From Octopus vulgaris (taxonomy: Eukaryota), in NCBI GenBank assembly GCA_951406725.2, contig OX597817.1:45632001-45696000 (forward strand): a stretch of DNA of 64,000 nt. The letters are read 5' to 3'. The translations under genes and the position numbers were made by a program. Position 1 is the stretch's first letter. Every line of letters starts with the position of its first letter. The notes under the pieces were generated by a model, which saw only the letters and a list, made by a program, of their open reading frames with translations, was not told the DNA's origin and searched no databases. Below are positions 27,273 to 41,480 of this stretch, piece after piece.

Positions 27273-28289
27273 AAATGGAAGAAATGTGATGATAATTTTT
27301 GTATGCATAGCAAAATAAAAGTGCTCTTGCTACTCTTGGCCTCTGCAGGATGCTCGGTACTAGTGCAGCTGTAATAGAGTTTTAATGAAAGGAAACCATA
27401 CATGATAATAATAATCTTTGATGTTGATAGGAGGAATTACTTGTTTATTGAAGCTTTAGTCGCAACAGACCATTCATAGACAATAGGTTACTCAGCACCT
27501 TTCTGTTATATGTCACAAACAAAACTATAAAACAAAAGTGAACATCGTGTTTAACCTTTGAATTCGTATATCCTTGGTCTTTAACACAAGTATATAACCG
27601 CCCCAAATTTTAAAACCAGGTACACGCCGCTGAAACACATTACTCGACCTATGCACTAGATGTTTCTCAACACGTTAACTAGGCACCTTTCAAGACTGGA
27701 GAAAACATACTTCGATTAGGTACCTAATCCATTACAGATTTGTGGTAGCTAACTTTTAAAATAATTTAGTGGCATGTAAACCATTTTTCTTTTGATGCTA
27801 TATTGTACCACGGAATAAATCTATAGATTTTAAAACCAAATTTATGAATAGACAAATATAAAGATCTTCAATTTATATATACTATCTTCCTGCATAGGTG
27901 CTACGTTACACTCAATCACATATGGGAGTTTTTTCCGTGACAATGCCTTTTTTAACTGACAACAGACACAGTGCTGTAACCTCATTACTAAAGACTTCAC
28001 AAAATTGTAATAACTAATTTGCGTATATTATTCATTTTATAATATATGGTAAGTGTTAAAGGAGGCTTGCCTGTTGTATGTAGCAATTCGTTCAAGAAAT
28101 GCAGAAATGAGTGGCTCCCAAATTACGAGAGTCCTATCTAATGTAATGCGAAAGATGAGTATTATTTTATGTTAACTGACTGGGCTTGTTTAATTTCCGC
28201 ATTTTTATAAAGTACCTCCTCTGCTATTGTAAATCTTCAACCTATTCTTTTTCGCTGTAGGGAAGTAAGAGATAACAAGCAGAAGCAAC

Positions 28290-28600
28290 TTACCACCGTT
28301 GATGCTTTGACAAAGCAGAGGTTACATGTTATTTATGGATATGTGGCCATTGCGAAGATGAATGGGTATAGATGCGTGAAGAAATTTCAGGATGAGGAAA
28401 CCAGCATTGGAGACAAACTACATAATTGAACAGGATCACCAGAATCGTCATTGAAAGAAGGAAACGCTTCATGGGGCAGACAAGTCACAATGCATGAACT
28501 TCTTGCAATATAGCCTAGGACCAAAATGAATTAATGATGATAATAGAATGCTTTGCTTATCAGAAAGTGTATGGAAATTGGGTGCCTCGATCGCTGATGT
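28290..28600 (+). mobile_element. Mariner transposase N-terminal relic
   Basis: RLHVIYG, VKKFQDEETSIGDK and YQKVYGNWVPRSL (WVPR/HEL motif). Confidence 0.55.
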
Positions 28601-28847
28601 GATGGGTACGACAGTACATCTAAACTATATCAAAGAGAATTCGAACTCTACATCTACTGGTAATGCAAAAGGATAACCTGAGTGCGAGGCTGTGAGTTAA
28701 TAAAGAACTACTGATATTGTGCAGTTTGTACCACCTGCGCCAGTTCATGCAGAATTTACGCACTTTTAGAAGAATTCTCATATACATTTTAGGATTGGTT
28801 TTTCAATAATCTGTCCATTTTTTTATTAGCTTCAGTAGCAATTCTAA

Positions 28848-29231
28848 TCTCTCTCTATATAAACGGCAGTTTGTCTGTGCGTTTTCTGTGTGTCTGTTTT
28901 CTCGTACCCTCACTCTGACCACGGCTTTCAACCGATTCTGATGAAACTTGACACACACATAGCCCAATGTCATAATTCAAAACTAACGCAGCGAAAATTT
29001 TGAAAAGTTCCCCCAGTTCTGAAAAAAATCGATAAATTCGACATGGGGTCGAGAATGAGAAACCCAAACCACAGACCGTCTAGGGGACGCAACTCCACCT
29101 GTTTTAACTCTCAAAAAACATTTACCATCATTTTTTTTCCATTTTTTTGCTATTTTTTGGCTATAACTCTCTAAAAATGCTTTATAGTTATTTCCCTTAC
29201 AAACCTGAGCAACGCCGGGCGATACTGCTAG
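28848..29231 (+). mobile_element. Non-autonomous Helitron
   Basis: Begins TC after an A, has (tctg/tgtg) repeats near the 5' end, GC-rich subterminal hairpin cctgagcaacgccggg, and ends CTAG before a T. Confidence 0.8.
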
Positions 29232-29931
29232 TTCTATATAAACGATCCTAGAACATCTTTTATCCTCTGTTCGTCTTCAATTATTTTCTGTTCGTCTTCA
29301 ATTACCTGTAATATCCATCCCCGCCTCCTTATTTTATTGCTTTCTTTTGTTTGAATTCTTACCCGCCGTAATTTCTTTTGCTAACATTTTAAGCTAATCC
29401 AAATTGATTGAACTCTTTTGTCATCAACATAGGTACAATGCCACATATTCTAGGGAAGAGATTTGATGAGAAGCATGTTTATTTACACATACATATATGG
29501 AGGAATTTACACAGACACTATAACAGACACACACAAATTGTGTCCATGTGTGTTGATCAGTGTGTATAAAAATCCACATCTGATTCAAACAGCACTACGA
29601 TATTTCGAAATACAAATTGTTTTGCCACAAGAATGCCCACGAATATAGTGAAAAGTAGTCACAATTGACATAAATATGCGTGCAATTACATGGAGGAAGC
29701 GGACAATCTGTACAAGTAGACGCAAAACTAAACAATCCTCTATTCTTGAAATAATAGCGTTGTGTGGCCCTGGTTATTGGAAAGTAATCCAGGAAGCGGA
29801 ATTGGTTGTATATGTACGACATTTATTCAAGATTATGTTACGGTAAATTTGTTGCAAATAAACGAAACAAGGACTCATTGTTCTATAAACAAATCGGACG
29901 GGAAATCCAAACATGTACAATGCATACATAT

Positions 29932-29934
<3 letters not shown>

Positions 29935-29975
<41 letters not shown>

Positions 29976-30029
29976 TATATATGTATCTGTGTTTATACAT
30001 ATATGTAAGCATGTTGTATACACACACTC

Positions 30030-30071
<42 letters not shown>

Positions 30072-30158
30072 GTGAGTGTGTGTATACAATATGCTTACAG
30101 ATATGTATAAACACAGATACATATATATGCATATATATATATACATATATATATATAT
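29935..30158. repeat. Inverted repeat (~62-bp complex arms) around (TA)n
   Basis: 29971-30032 is the reverse complement of 30071-30132 with 2 mismatches. Confidence 0.9.
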
Positions 30159-30688
30159 AATTGCCATGTAGGTGTATATATTTGCACATAAGTATAGACA
30201 TATGTATGCTTGAGTGTATGTATGTATGTGTAAGTACAATTGTTATGATAAAATATTTAAGGACATTGTTTCAACAAAACATAGTTGTGGGTTCGCTACC
30301 ATTTAGTAGCATCTTTTGCTAGTGACTGTATATCAATTATATTTCCAGTTGTAAGATGCACTCATGTCCCCTGCCTTCTACATGAGATTAGGGTAATTCT
30401 ACAAGTGTCTCTGGAATACAGTCATTGACAAACGAATTCAGTGAAGACATTGACCGAACAACTGATTTTTCACCGTCAATGACGACGCAGATACTTTTAT
30501 ACTTGCATATCCATTACTTGTTTCAGTTATTAGACGGCAGCTGTCCTGAGGCACCATCTTCAGAAAATTTTAGCCGAATCAACGGTCCCCTGTATATGTG
30601 TTTAAGCTTGGTACTTGGAACTTATTATGTCTGTCACCTTGCCAAGTCGCTGATTCACGAGTATGTCAACACCCCCAACATACACACT

Positions 30689-30750
<62 letters not shown>

Positions 30751-31011
30751 GAATGGAGGCAATACAAACGGAAAACTAGAGGAACATGACCTATTATCCA
30801 ATACAGTATTTAGTATATATGCGTACTTTCTTCGACATTATTAAATCAATATAAAGTTCGAAATAATATTAATATTAAAAACATACATGCATATATACAT
30901 ATAAATTTTTAATATTTAAAAACACGCAAATATTTAAAAATATGTAGTCATTTAAACACACACACTCACACAAACACACACACACTCACTCACACATACA
31001 CACACACACAG

Positions 31012-31083
<72 letters not shown>

Positions 31084-31085
<2 letters not shown>

Positions 31086-31232
31086 CGGGCTTTCGGTTTC
31101 TGTCTACTAGGTCCACTCACAAGGCTTTGGTTTGGCCGAAGCTATAATAGATGACACTTGCCGATGTTATCCCGCTGTGGGACTGAACCCGGAACCACAT
31201 AGTTGTGAAGCAAATTTCTTACCACACAACGA
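31084..31232 (-). mobile_element. SINE family A, 5' half
   Basis: gggactgaacccggaaccacat and ccactcacaaggctttgg match the other family A copies. Confidence 0.75.
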
Positions 31233-32147
31233 CGCTTGCAGCTTTTTGTACTTTGATCCTTTTGGTATTTGCACTTTTTTCGGTTGATGCCATTTTTCAT
31301 TACAGTAATTTGTACAAATATACAATTCAGAAGAATCTGTCTGTAATCGAACAAGAAATAAATATATGTGTTATCAGGTTTCCAGCTTAGAATAAAAATT
31401 CTTAATGGGTGACAATTTTGCTTGGCAACGAAGCTCTGTGTTCAATGTTAGAGTCTTCATTTACTTTATATTACTTTAATGCATGTAAAATGTATTGCTC
31501 AAGGGTTCTATGTATTTGATTTTAAGATTCTCTAAAATTTTAACTTGATTTTGCGACTCGAATGACTAGCTGTCTCATAAATTCCCGGAAGCTATGAGGT
31601 TGAACGAGTTTATGCTTCACAATTCACTAATAGAGGAACATCTTTGACTTATATTACTTCACATGGAGGCAATGCAAGAATAATTCTTCTCTCCTGCTTA
31701 CATACAACCACTTTACAATCAATTTCTGTTACTTAGTCCGACATATTTGACAGTAGCTATCGTGTCAGTTATAACGCATCACCATTTTATTGTGGAGTTG
31801 TTTTCAACTTTGTGGTGCCGGACCCAAATTTATTGTCAGAAGGAATGCTGCATTACACATGTTTAGAGAAATAAGAATCAAGTGTGCTATAAGAATGTGA
31901 ACTTGATTTTATTTTCGATTAAATCAATATGCAAATGGATTCTATAATTTGCTGATTCTATATTCTGTTTTTTATTTCCATTATTAGTTATTCCAAGTGC
32001 TTTTGGATCATATCTTTTGACTGGTGTTAATATGTTATAAAAATAATAAATCATGTTGTCCACACACAACAAAACAAAATTACCATAACGAAATTTTTGA
32101 GAAGCGTTTCTTGGAAATTTACGATTTTTAAGTCTAGGTCCTATCCA

Positions 32148-32410
32148 CTTCACCTTGATCACCTTGACCGACCAGTCCGTCGGGCGTCGATTTGACACCG
32201 CTGGTCACAGCACGCAGTTCACTCCTCCCTGGATGGTGCCTCTCTCATCGGCGTGATCCCAATCGCCCTCCTGAAATCGTAACTCCACCGTTGTGGAGGC
32301 CTTCAGAGTGGTCGTTTCTGCTCGCGCGGGTACCCTCGACAACTGCGCGGGTTCACCGATTTTTGGTGAGCCTGGCGACGTGTCCAGCCCCATCCACTTA
32401 CCTCCAGTAA
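32148..32410 (-). mobile_element. RTE-clade LINE 3' fragment
   Basis: AGHVARLTKNR*TRAVVE..YPREQKRPL*RPPQRWS; tail caaggtgatcaaggtga. Confidence 0.75.
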
Positions 32411-33380
32411 TTAAAAGTTTCGACAAATAGATTTCGATACAAAAAAAAAAGCTGCTGAAATCTCTTCCCGATAGGATCGAGACAAAGACATTTACGTCCA
32501 CAATGAAATTACAGAAAGCAGTAAAAGAACAATTGAACAACGCACGCCCACAAACATATATAGAGGCAAAACCTGTGCAAAATACACACACACACAAACA
32601 CACACACTCACATACACGCACGCACACACAGGCAGAGAAACATTTCTAGACATACACACACAACCTCTTACATACATACATGCATACACCATTTTTTAGC
32701 ATGAGGCAATATTACAGAGAAATGTTTAACTGTTAAACTTCGTCATGCGTAGGCGCCGAGTAGAAATAGAATGAATATAGCTGATTCGTATGGTAGTTAG
32801 GCGAGTTCTTCTTCATATCCATGACAGCAAGAATCAGCATTTTGTTAATATATAAATGAAATAGTCAAAATTAGAATTTTAATAAAAGCAATGGTTTTCA
32901 TGAAATCTTATTTCTGGTGATGTTAATTAACAGTCTAAGTTCTCATTAGTTTCTCATAAAATTTTAGAAAATATAATCCAATAAAATACAGAAAATAAAC
33001 GTGTGGTGATATGAGCGGAATGCAATTAGAAACGAACCGAGCCATCTGAAGTCTGATTAAGAATGGATTGCAAAGAATAGGTGCAAATACACAACTAGTG
33101 TTATTCTGGAAAAGTGTATTTGTATACTTAAAGAGACAATTTTTTTTTTTGTATTTTACGTGTTAGATGTTAGGGTTCTTATCTTGTCTCCGTTAGAGGA
33201 TGGAATATTATGGATGCCAAAAAGTATAAGCGCTTGAGCAAGCAGAACCATTTCGATTTTCAGAACTATGCGATAGATAAAAATAGGTTCTCTGTTCTAA
33301 GTAAATATATGCATGTGTGGATGTGTGTGTGTGGGGGGGGGGTACGTGCGCGGGTGCGTGTGTGACTTTAGAAGGCTATA

Positions 33381-33612
33381 TATTTCTTTACCACCCACAA
33401 GAGACTAAACGCAGAGAGGACAAACAAGGGCAGACAAACGGATTAATTCGATTACATCGACACCAGTGCGTAACTGGTTCTTAATTTATCGACCCCGAAA
33501 GGATGAAAGGCAAAGTCGACCTCGGCGCAATTAGAACTCAGAACGTAGCGGCAGGTGAAATACGGCTACGCATTTTGCCCGGCATGCTAACGTTTCCGCC
33601 AGCTCACCGGCT
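33381..33612 (-). mobile_element. tRNA-derived SINE (family B, gtgggtggtaaagaaa tail)
   Basis: Full-length reverse complement of 37639-37872. Confidence 0.85.
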
Positions 33613-34129
33613 TTCATTAGAGGGATATATTATCCGGGCAAATACTGTGGTAGCTGTCAGTCTTGTTCCGGGTTACGGCTAATCACATCGGTTAGTATTT
33701 AATATCTATGACTCTAGGGAACTGTCACTCACGCGTTAGATTCCGCCGATGAAGTATTCTGTGTTCGCTTCACCGAATGGCAATATTATCTGGGCAGAAA
33801 ATTATGCCCGGTTATATATGCAACTGCACTTGCCCTGTGTAGTGGAAAGTGTGTAGGTTGTCCTAACCATAAATATTTGCTGTTTGACATTGTAAAATGA
33901 AAGGAAATAACTTATTAGTATGTACCAGTCTTCATATTCGCTATCGTTATAATTATTGCATACACACATATTGTTGTGTCTGGAGAGAGTCACTCTGTTT
34001 TAGTGTCTTGTAATTTTACAGACACAGCGGTAAAATTTCCACTGATTTGTTTTATATTTTTTCAGACACAACAGAATATGCTTCAACACACAAACACACA
34101 TGAAGAATCATGCAAACCAAAGCCCAAAA

Positions 34130-34166
<37 letters not shown>

Positions 34167-34398
34167 ACGAAGCTATGAGTTCGCAAAACCGCATTGGTGG
34201 ATATATAATTTCTTTATTTGTGAATTAAGGCGACCATTGGTTTCATGTTAAGAAAAGTTATCAAAAATGGAGACGAAAACCTTTCTCCATGTTATCGGCT
34301 TCAAAAATTGCTAAGACACTAGGGTAATTTTCTACATTTCGTAACTTGAAAGGAATGTCAGCTTTAATTGACAAATAAAGAAAATAAATATACATATG

Positions 34399-34468
<70 letters not shown>

Positions 34469-35721
34469 CATACATATATATATATGTGTACATTTGTATG
34501 TGCGTGAGTGTGTGTGTGTGTGTGTATGTGTGTGTAAAATGCATATGTATAGAAAGAATTGACATCTGAATACATTTTTGACACGACTCTAGTTGGATAT
34601 TTTAAAAACGTTAGAAGCAGTGACGGAGGCTCAGTGTCTCTCCCTCCTTTCCATATATGAATATGTATGTGTATTTGTATGCATTTGTATGTGTGTGTGT
34701 ATCTGTAATATTTGAGGTTATTTAAAACTGAATAGTGTTCTCTCACGATCAGAATTAAATGCTTTATAGGAGTTCATCCTCGTCGTAAATATAATATGAC
34801 AACTTGTATAGAAGATTGGTTTGACGAGCGGTAACAGGAAGCTCAAGTACTTCAGTAAATATCCATTGATGTAGCTCAGCTTCATAAAATAAATATCTAA
34901 ATTCTACTTAATCTTTCGAGTAATTTTTTTTCTCCCCTTTGTCTACTCCAATCTAGTTCAAGTTTACAGAAGCAGACACACGCACACATACATATATACA
35001 TGCGCAAACACACATCTACAAATACATATATATACATATATATATATACACATATACAAACACATTCTTATGTACATTTACGTGTATGTCGGTGTACATG
35101 TTTATCATTTTTGCTAGTATAATTTAGTGAGAAAAGTACTTTTCAGAAGTACTTTAGAACAAACATGTTAGGTATTTGTGAAATTGTAACTAATTTACAA
35201 GGACAGAAATAAAAAAAAAAAAATCCAGCTATTACTTTTAATGTACAATATCAATAATGATAGTTAATGTCATCAAAAAATTTTTCGTCACCATCTTCTT
35301 CGTGACATGGCATTAAATTAGTGTATATTGTTATCATGACATACTCTTCGTGTATGATTCCACTCAAAACTATATTCTGATATGCAACAACTTCATTTTT
35401 CTTTTTTCAAATTTTCGAGTTTCTATTTTAATTTCTATATAGATTAAGTACCAGCATGTGCTAACGATAGAAAAGTCTACTTCGAATTGTCATCCTCATA
35501 CATAGAATCTATCATCGCAAGTATGATTTGAATACATTACAGAGACACATTAGCTCTTTACTTAGAGAAAGCAGTATTGTTAGATTAGTTATTTTCCTAT
35601 TTCTCTCATTATTCATACAGCGTTTCAATAGCCGAAGTTATCTTCAATTATAGTTTTCTATATGAATTGCTAGTAGAGTTGAATTACTTGACTGACTTTT
35701 CCACAATCGAATTCGTAAGAC

Positions 35722-35884
35722 TGGTTTCAAATTTTGGCACAAGACAGGCAAATTTCGCAGGGGAGGGAAAAGACGATTACGTCGACCTCAGTTTCCGACT
35801 GGTATCTATTTTATCAACCCCGAAATGAGAAAAAGCAATGTCCACTTTGGAAGAGTTTGAACTGAGAACGTAAAGACGGACGAA
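35722..35884 (-). mobile_element. SINE family B fragment (gtgccaaaatttgaaacc tail)
   Basis: Matches 3246-3459 and 44592-44740. Confidence 0.6.
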
Positions 35885-36121
35885 TTATTAATATCAATGT
35901 GATGAAAATTCTTCTAGAATATTGAGACATCTCATAACATTTTACTTGTAAGATTTAGTTTTGCCTCCCTATTTCCTGAGACAAATATGTGTGTAGTTTG
36001 AGAAACAGAAAGTTGTGGTACTGACGTCAGATTTCAAATAATCAGAAGAAAAGTAACAGAAACATCCTGTCCGTTTACCATCAGTTTACTATCCATTTAC
36101 TAACCGTTTACTATCATGTCA

Positions 36122-36647
36122 GTACAGGCGCAATTGTTCAGTGGCTAGGGCAGCGGGCTTGCGGTCGTAGGATCGCGGTTTCGATTCCCAGACCGGGCAT
36201 TGTGAGTGTTTATTGAGCGAAAACACCTAAAGCACCATGAGGCTCCGGCAGGGAGTGCTGGTGAACCCTGTTGTACTCTTTCACCACAACTTTCTCTCAC
36301 TCTTTCTCCCTGTTTCTGTTGTACCTGTATTTCAAAGGGCCAGCCTTGTCACACTCTGTGTCATGCTGAATATCTCCGAGAATACTACGTTAAGGGTACA
36401 CGTATCTGTGGAGTGCTCAGCCACTTGGACGTGAATAAATGAGCTGCGACGTCAATGGTGCCAAGCTGTATCGGCCCCTTTGCCTTTCCCTTGGATAACA
36501 TCGGTGGCGTGGAGAGGGGAGGCTGGTATACGTGGGTGACTGCTGGTCTTCCATAAACAACTTTACCCGGACTTGTACCTCGGAGGGTAACATTCTATGT
36601 GCAATTCCATCGTCATTCATGACTGAAGGGGGTCACAAAAAACACAA
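36122..36647 (+). mobile_element. Full-length tRNA-derived SINE (family D) with 13-bp TSD
   Basis: TSD tactatcatgtca at 36109-36121 and 36648-36660; B box ggtttcgattccc. Confidence 0.85.
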
Positions 36648-37638
36648 TACTATCATGTCACAAATTATTGCATGTTTATATATATAAATTTAGCGAACGA
36701 CACAGTGTACACGAAATGTCAGTTTTAGCAACAACACTTAGAAGAACGTGTATATTCATTTTGAGAGCAAGTTCTATTTTTCCAATAATAAATGCTCACA
36801 GTCATGCTATTGAACTTTATTTCTCAGTTGGTTAATCATTTCGCTAATCAACTAACCGACTATTTGATTAATCATACGATCAATCAACGAGCTAGGTTTG
36901 TCAAAATCCTTTCATTGCTAATGATGATCTCATCAATGGCGTGCCTCTCTAATTCAAGTCTGATTCAAGACGGTCACTCCACTTCAGCTCAGAATTAGAT
37001 ATGTATTTCCTTATTCATGAACCAGTAATTAAAAATCAGAATTGAAAACAAATATCAGTCAATACCGGAGATTCCAACAAAAAGATAACATGCGTTACCT
37101 ACAAGAATACACAAACAGCACATAAACATCATACATTAGCCAATATAATTTTAATATTTTAGAAATATAGCCAATATGGGACTCAGGCACTAATGAAAGA
37201 TAAGAATCTCATCCTTGTTTCGGAAGTAAGCTTTCGCCTTGGATTACCATCATTATCGTAGCTGTTTCATCTCACAGATTTAATAAATTGCAGTTTACTA
37301 CTATATTCTTGGACAACGGTCATTGACAAAAAAAAAACAGGTTTTGAGCAAACAAATCAAGCGGTAACTGTTGTGTATTCTGAATTTGTTAAAATTGATC
37401 TGTAGATAGGAATGAAAATGTAAATTTTAGTAGTGCTATAAACTCCGAATTAGAGTTAGGGGAGTTTCAGTAAATTGAACGTAATGTTAAGATTAACAAG
37501 AAAAATCTGATCTCTGTTTCGGAAGTGATGGACAGTTGTGAAGACTCTGTTCTAGCTTAGATTTGACCTAGCTAACGCAGCATTACATTTCTTGCCTAGG
37601 ACTCAGTTGTAGACATGGTAATATAAACAGAAGTTCTA

Positions 37639-38101
37639 AGGTGGCGGGCTGGCAAAATCGTTAGCTCAATGGGCAAAATGCTTCGCGGTATTTCGTCTGC
37701 CACTACGTTCTGAGTTCAAATTCCGCCGAGGTCGACTTTGCCCTTCATCCTTTCGGGAGCGATAAATTAAGTACCAGTTACGCACTGGGGTCGATATAAT
37801 CGACTTAATCCGTTTGTCTGTCCTTGTTTGTCCCCTCTATATTTAGCCCCCTTGTGGGCAATAACAAAATATATGGTTTAACGACGCTTGTATTGATTTA
37901 TTACGTAAATATAACACGGTTTTTCGTCTGCCGTTACGTTCAGAGTTCAAATTCCGCCGAGGTCGACTGTGCCTTTCATCCTTTCGGGGTCGATTAAATA
38001 AGTACCAGTTACGCACTGGGGTCGATATAATCGACTTAATCCGTTTGTCTGTCCTTGTTTGTCCCCTCTGTGTTTAGCCCCTTGTGGGTAGTAAAGAAAT
38101 A
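37639..38101 (+). mobile_element. Two tandem SINE family B copies
   Basis: 37639-37872 is complete with head (B box gagttcaaattcc). 37915-38101 lacks the first ~45 nt. Both end in ccccttgtggg(c/t)a(a/g)taa(c/a)..aa. Confidence 0.85.
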
Positions 38102-39041
38102 GATACAGTTACTGATTTGCTAAATTTTCGATGGAGTAGATGATGGAAGCGTATTGAACTCGGTAGAAAACTTTCAAAATCTACTATTATTTGCCGGATG
38201 CATAAATGCTTCGCTGATACCAGGTGAAAATGTAAACACATATATAGCAAATTCCAGTGTACATTTATTGAAACCAGCAAAGCTAAAGTAATAAACGTAT
38301 AAATTCGAAGAAAGTCCATTAAAATTAAGCAGCTAATTGTTCAACCACATAATGATTCTTTCACTATCATAAACACCATCACGTTATCACTCCCGAGAAT
38401 TTCTATATATCTCCCGTTCTTCAACAACAAAATATCGTTTAAATACTTTCAAATGAAGCATAATACTATATTTAAATACATATGAAGCATACTAAATTTG
38501 CCCTGCTAGTATCATTAGCAAAAATGCAATACAAATTCAACATATACTGATACTAAATTAATAAAAAGTAAGTTTCCGGCCAAAACATAATCTGCAAATT
38601 CATATCATAAATCGTTGCGAATCATATATATTCAGCATCTTCGGCATAAGTGAATGACAATATATAATAAAAATATATTAGTTTCTATTTATCTATTTAG
38701 TGTATATGCTGATCTTATATTCCTTATTTCTAATAAATATACATATTCTCGTAGTATATAAAATAACTGCTCTTTTTTAGTTTCCATATAGCAATTGCAT
38801 TTTAAGATAATTTCTCATTATCTCTATTGGTATCATATCTTTATAATCATTTCTGAGTGTAAATTCTCCTCTGTTTAGAGTGATCTTCACCCATCGTATT
38901 CTACAGAACCATGATTCGATTCCTGAGTGGATTTAATACGCAGTATGCTTCCACTAAACAGGTTATGTTACTCAAAAAAAAAGTATAACCTTAATTGAGA
39001 TTAAAAAAACAGTTTCTCTTTATTTATATACACCATTTATA

Positions 39042-39476
39042 TACTCTTTACTCTTTTACTCTTTTACTTGTTTCAGTCATTTGACTGTGGCCATGCTGGA
39101 GTACCGCTTTTAGTCGAGCAAATCGACACCAGGACATATTCTTTGCAAGCCTACTTCTTATTCTATCGGTCTCTTTTGCCAAACCGCTAGGTTACGGGGA
39201 CGTAAACACACCAGCATCGGTTGTCAAATGATGTTGGGGGGACAAACACAGACACACAAACACACAGACACATATATATATATATATTTATATATAAATG
39301 TATACATATATACGACGGGATTCTTTCAGTTTCCGTCTACCAAATCCACTCACAAGGCTTTGGTCGGCCCGAGGCTATAGTAGAAGACGCTGGCCCAAGG
39401 TGCTACGCAGTGGCATTGAACCCAGAACCATGTGGTTCGTAAGCAAGCTACTTACCACAAAGCCACTCCTACGCCT
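39042..39476 (-). mobile_element. Full-length tRNA-derived SINE (family A)
   Basis: Head aggcgtaggagtggctttgtggtaag...gggttcaatgcc, internal (TA)/(TG) tract, (gagtaaaa)n tail. Confidence 0.85.
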
Positions 39477-39674
39477 ATATGTTAACTATTTTTCGTTAGT
39501 TTTAGGAGATAGTGATAGTAAATCAGTTTTAAGTGCCAAGCTCATTCTTTCCACTGTAGATGGTTAGTACTTCACTTCCTTAAAACTAAATGAATAACAC
39601 AGAGAGACCGTTTCTATCTTCTGTTATTTTCAGCTTTAATGTTACTATTTTTACTGTGTAAACATTTATCAATT

Positions 39675-39878
39675 CAACAGCACGAAGCTTTGTCAGTGAA
39701 CAGGTCGCGGTCCCAAAGCAACGAAAATATTTTGACAAATTAAATTTAAATGTTGAAGTGAACCTAACGGTTTTGTGTGTTTCTTAAATGGCTTATAAAC
39801 ACCTTCCACGCTGCAATTGTTTTCGTTCCAGCACACGATCTCAGATCAAGTCACTCGCTATGCAAGTACATCTCCGTA
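39675..39878 (+). mobile_element. ~205-bp retroposed element, copy 2
   Basis: Homologous to 23666-23873; TSD atttatcaatt at 39664-39674 and 39879-39889. Confidence 0.75.
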
Positions 39879-40305
39879 ATTTATCAATTGGTTCTGTGTG
39901 AATCACAAGATCCGGTTATATTATCACATAGCTGCTAATATTGCAAATTTAAGACGGAATGGAGCATTATGTCTATGTTGAAAACCACGTCTGTATCACA
40001 CGTTCGCACAAAACCATGGATTACGTTAAAGAGCACCGTTCATTTCAATAGGTCGCGTAAATTGCTTTTCTACAATTAAAATACTGATTATAGTAACAGC
40101 TTGAAGAGTGAGGAATATATGAGCCCGGTTGGATAATCTTTTATGCAATCTTCAGGCGAGAATTGCGTAATGTGATTCTGACGGTGAACTTATTCCATAT
40201 TTCTGTATAAACTTGGAATTTATATCGACTAATATCATGTTTTTAACAGCATGATACATAAGCTGAAGACCTACAAAAAGCGAAAAAGATTTGACAGTTT
40301 TAGGT

Positions 40306-40306
40306 T

Positions 40307-40338
<32 letters not shown>

Positions 40339-40433
40339 AATCATCATCATAATTATTATTGTTATTATTATTATCATCATCATCATAATTATTCTTATCA
40401 TTGTTATTATTATTATCATTATTATCATTATTA

Positions 40434-40468
<35 letters not shown>

Positions 40469-40470
40469 GC
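40306..40470. repeat. Compound (ATC)n/(ATT)n microsatellite
   Basis: Directly visible. Confidence 0.95.
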
Positions 40471-41054
40471 TGTTGTTCTGTCTGTTGCTAATACTATTTT
40501 CTTTTAAAATGAAATCTTATTTTATTGTTTTTTTGAGAATATATATATACTTTTTGCAATAAAAGTTTCCAATAAAGATTTTCAGGAAAAAAAGTAAATG
40601 ACTGTTTTTTTTCCTTTAATTCTCCGGTCTCAGAACAGACATACCATACTTACTTAATAACTAACTAAATCTCTAGTTATATATAAACCGAATTTTTATT
40701 GAAGGCATAAAACATATCCAAATACAACATCAACTGTTTCTCTATAATATTTTCTGTCAGCATATGTCGTAAAACCAGCAGTGTCGTCGTTGTTATGAAG
40801 TTTTTAAGAAACAGATTTTAAGATTTAATTAAAAAATTAATGTTTCGGTATAAGTTGAATATAATATAATGCAATATATCATAAATATATACCTCCGTAG
40901 ATACACATATGCATACACAACCTTATATATGCACGTATGCTTTTGCGGTTATGCAAGTACAGACAAAGACAGACATGTGTGGGCGGCTGAGAAGTTCGCT
41001 TCACAGTCATAGTGTTTAGAGGTCGGTACCAAATGCAGATTGGTGAATGCAATC

Positions 41055-41480
41055 GTCTTCTCAATAGCAACATATGGAGGCGAGACCTGGACACTAAAGA
41101 AAGTTGATCAGAACAGAATTAATGCCTTCGAGCTTTGGTGTTGAAGAAGACTTTTGCGGATTCCATGGACAGCGAGGCTCACCAATGGAAAAGTTCTTAA
41201 GCAGATCAGGCCGAAAATATTGCTAGAAGTTAGGATCACCAAGCATAGATTGGCATATTTCTGTCATATTATGCGGAGAAAATCCCTGGAGAAGGACATC
41301 ATGCTCGGAATGGTCAGTGACAAGAGAGGAAGAGGCCGACCAAGAATCCGCTGGCTTGACACCATCAAGAGTGACACAGGAAAGGTCATAGCCAATCTGA
41401 AAGAAGCGACCCAGTATAGAACTGGCTGGAGAACACTGATCCATCGAGTAATCGAGAGTCGACCTCGACTGAACGATAGA
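41055..41480 (+). mobile_element. RTE/BovB-like LINE 3' fragment
   Basis: ATYGGETWTLKK..NRINAFELWC*RRLLRIPWTARLTN...YFCHIMRRKSLEKDIMLGMV...RGRGRPRIRWLD. Confidence 0.9.

Noticed and set aside
36122-36200. tRNA genes at SINE heads
   Set aside because: A/B boxes continue into SINE bodies with tails and TSDs; no complete cloverleaf.
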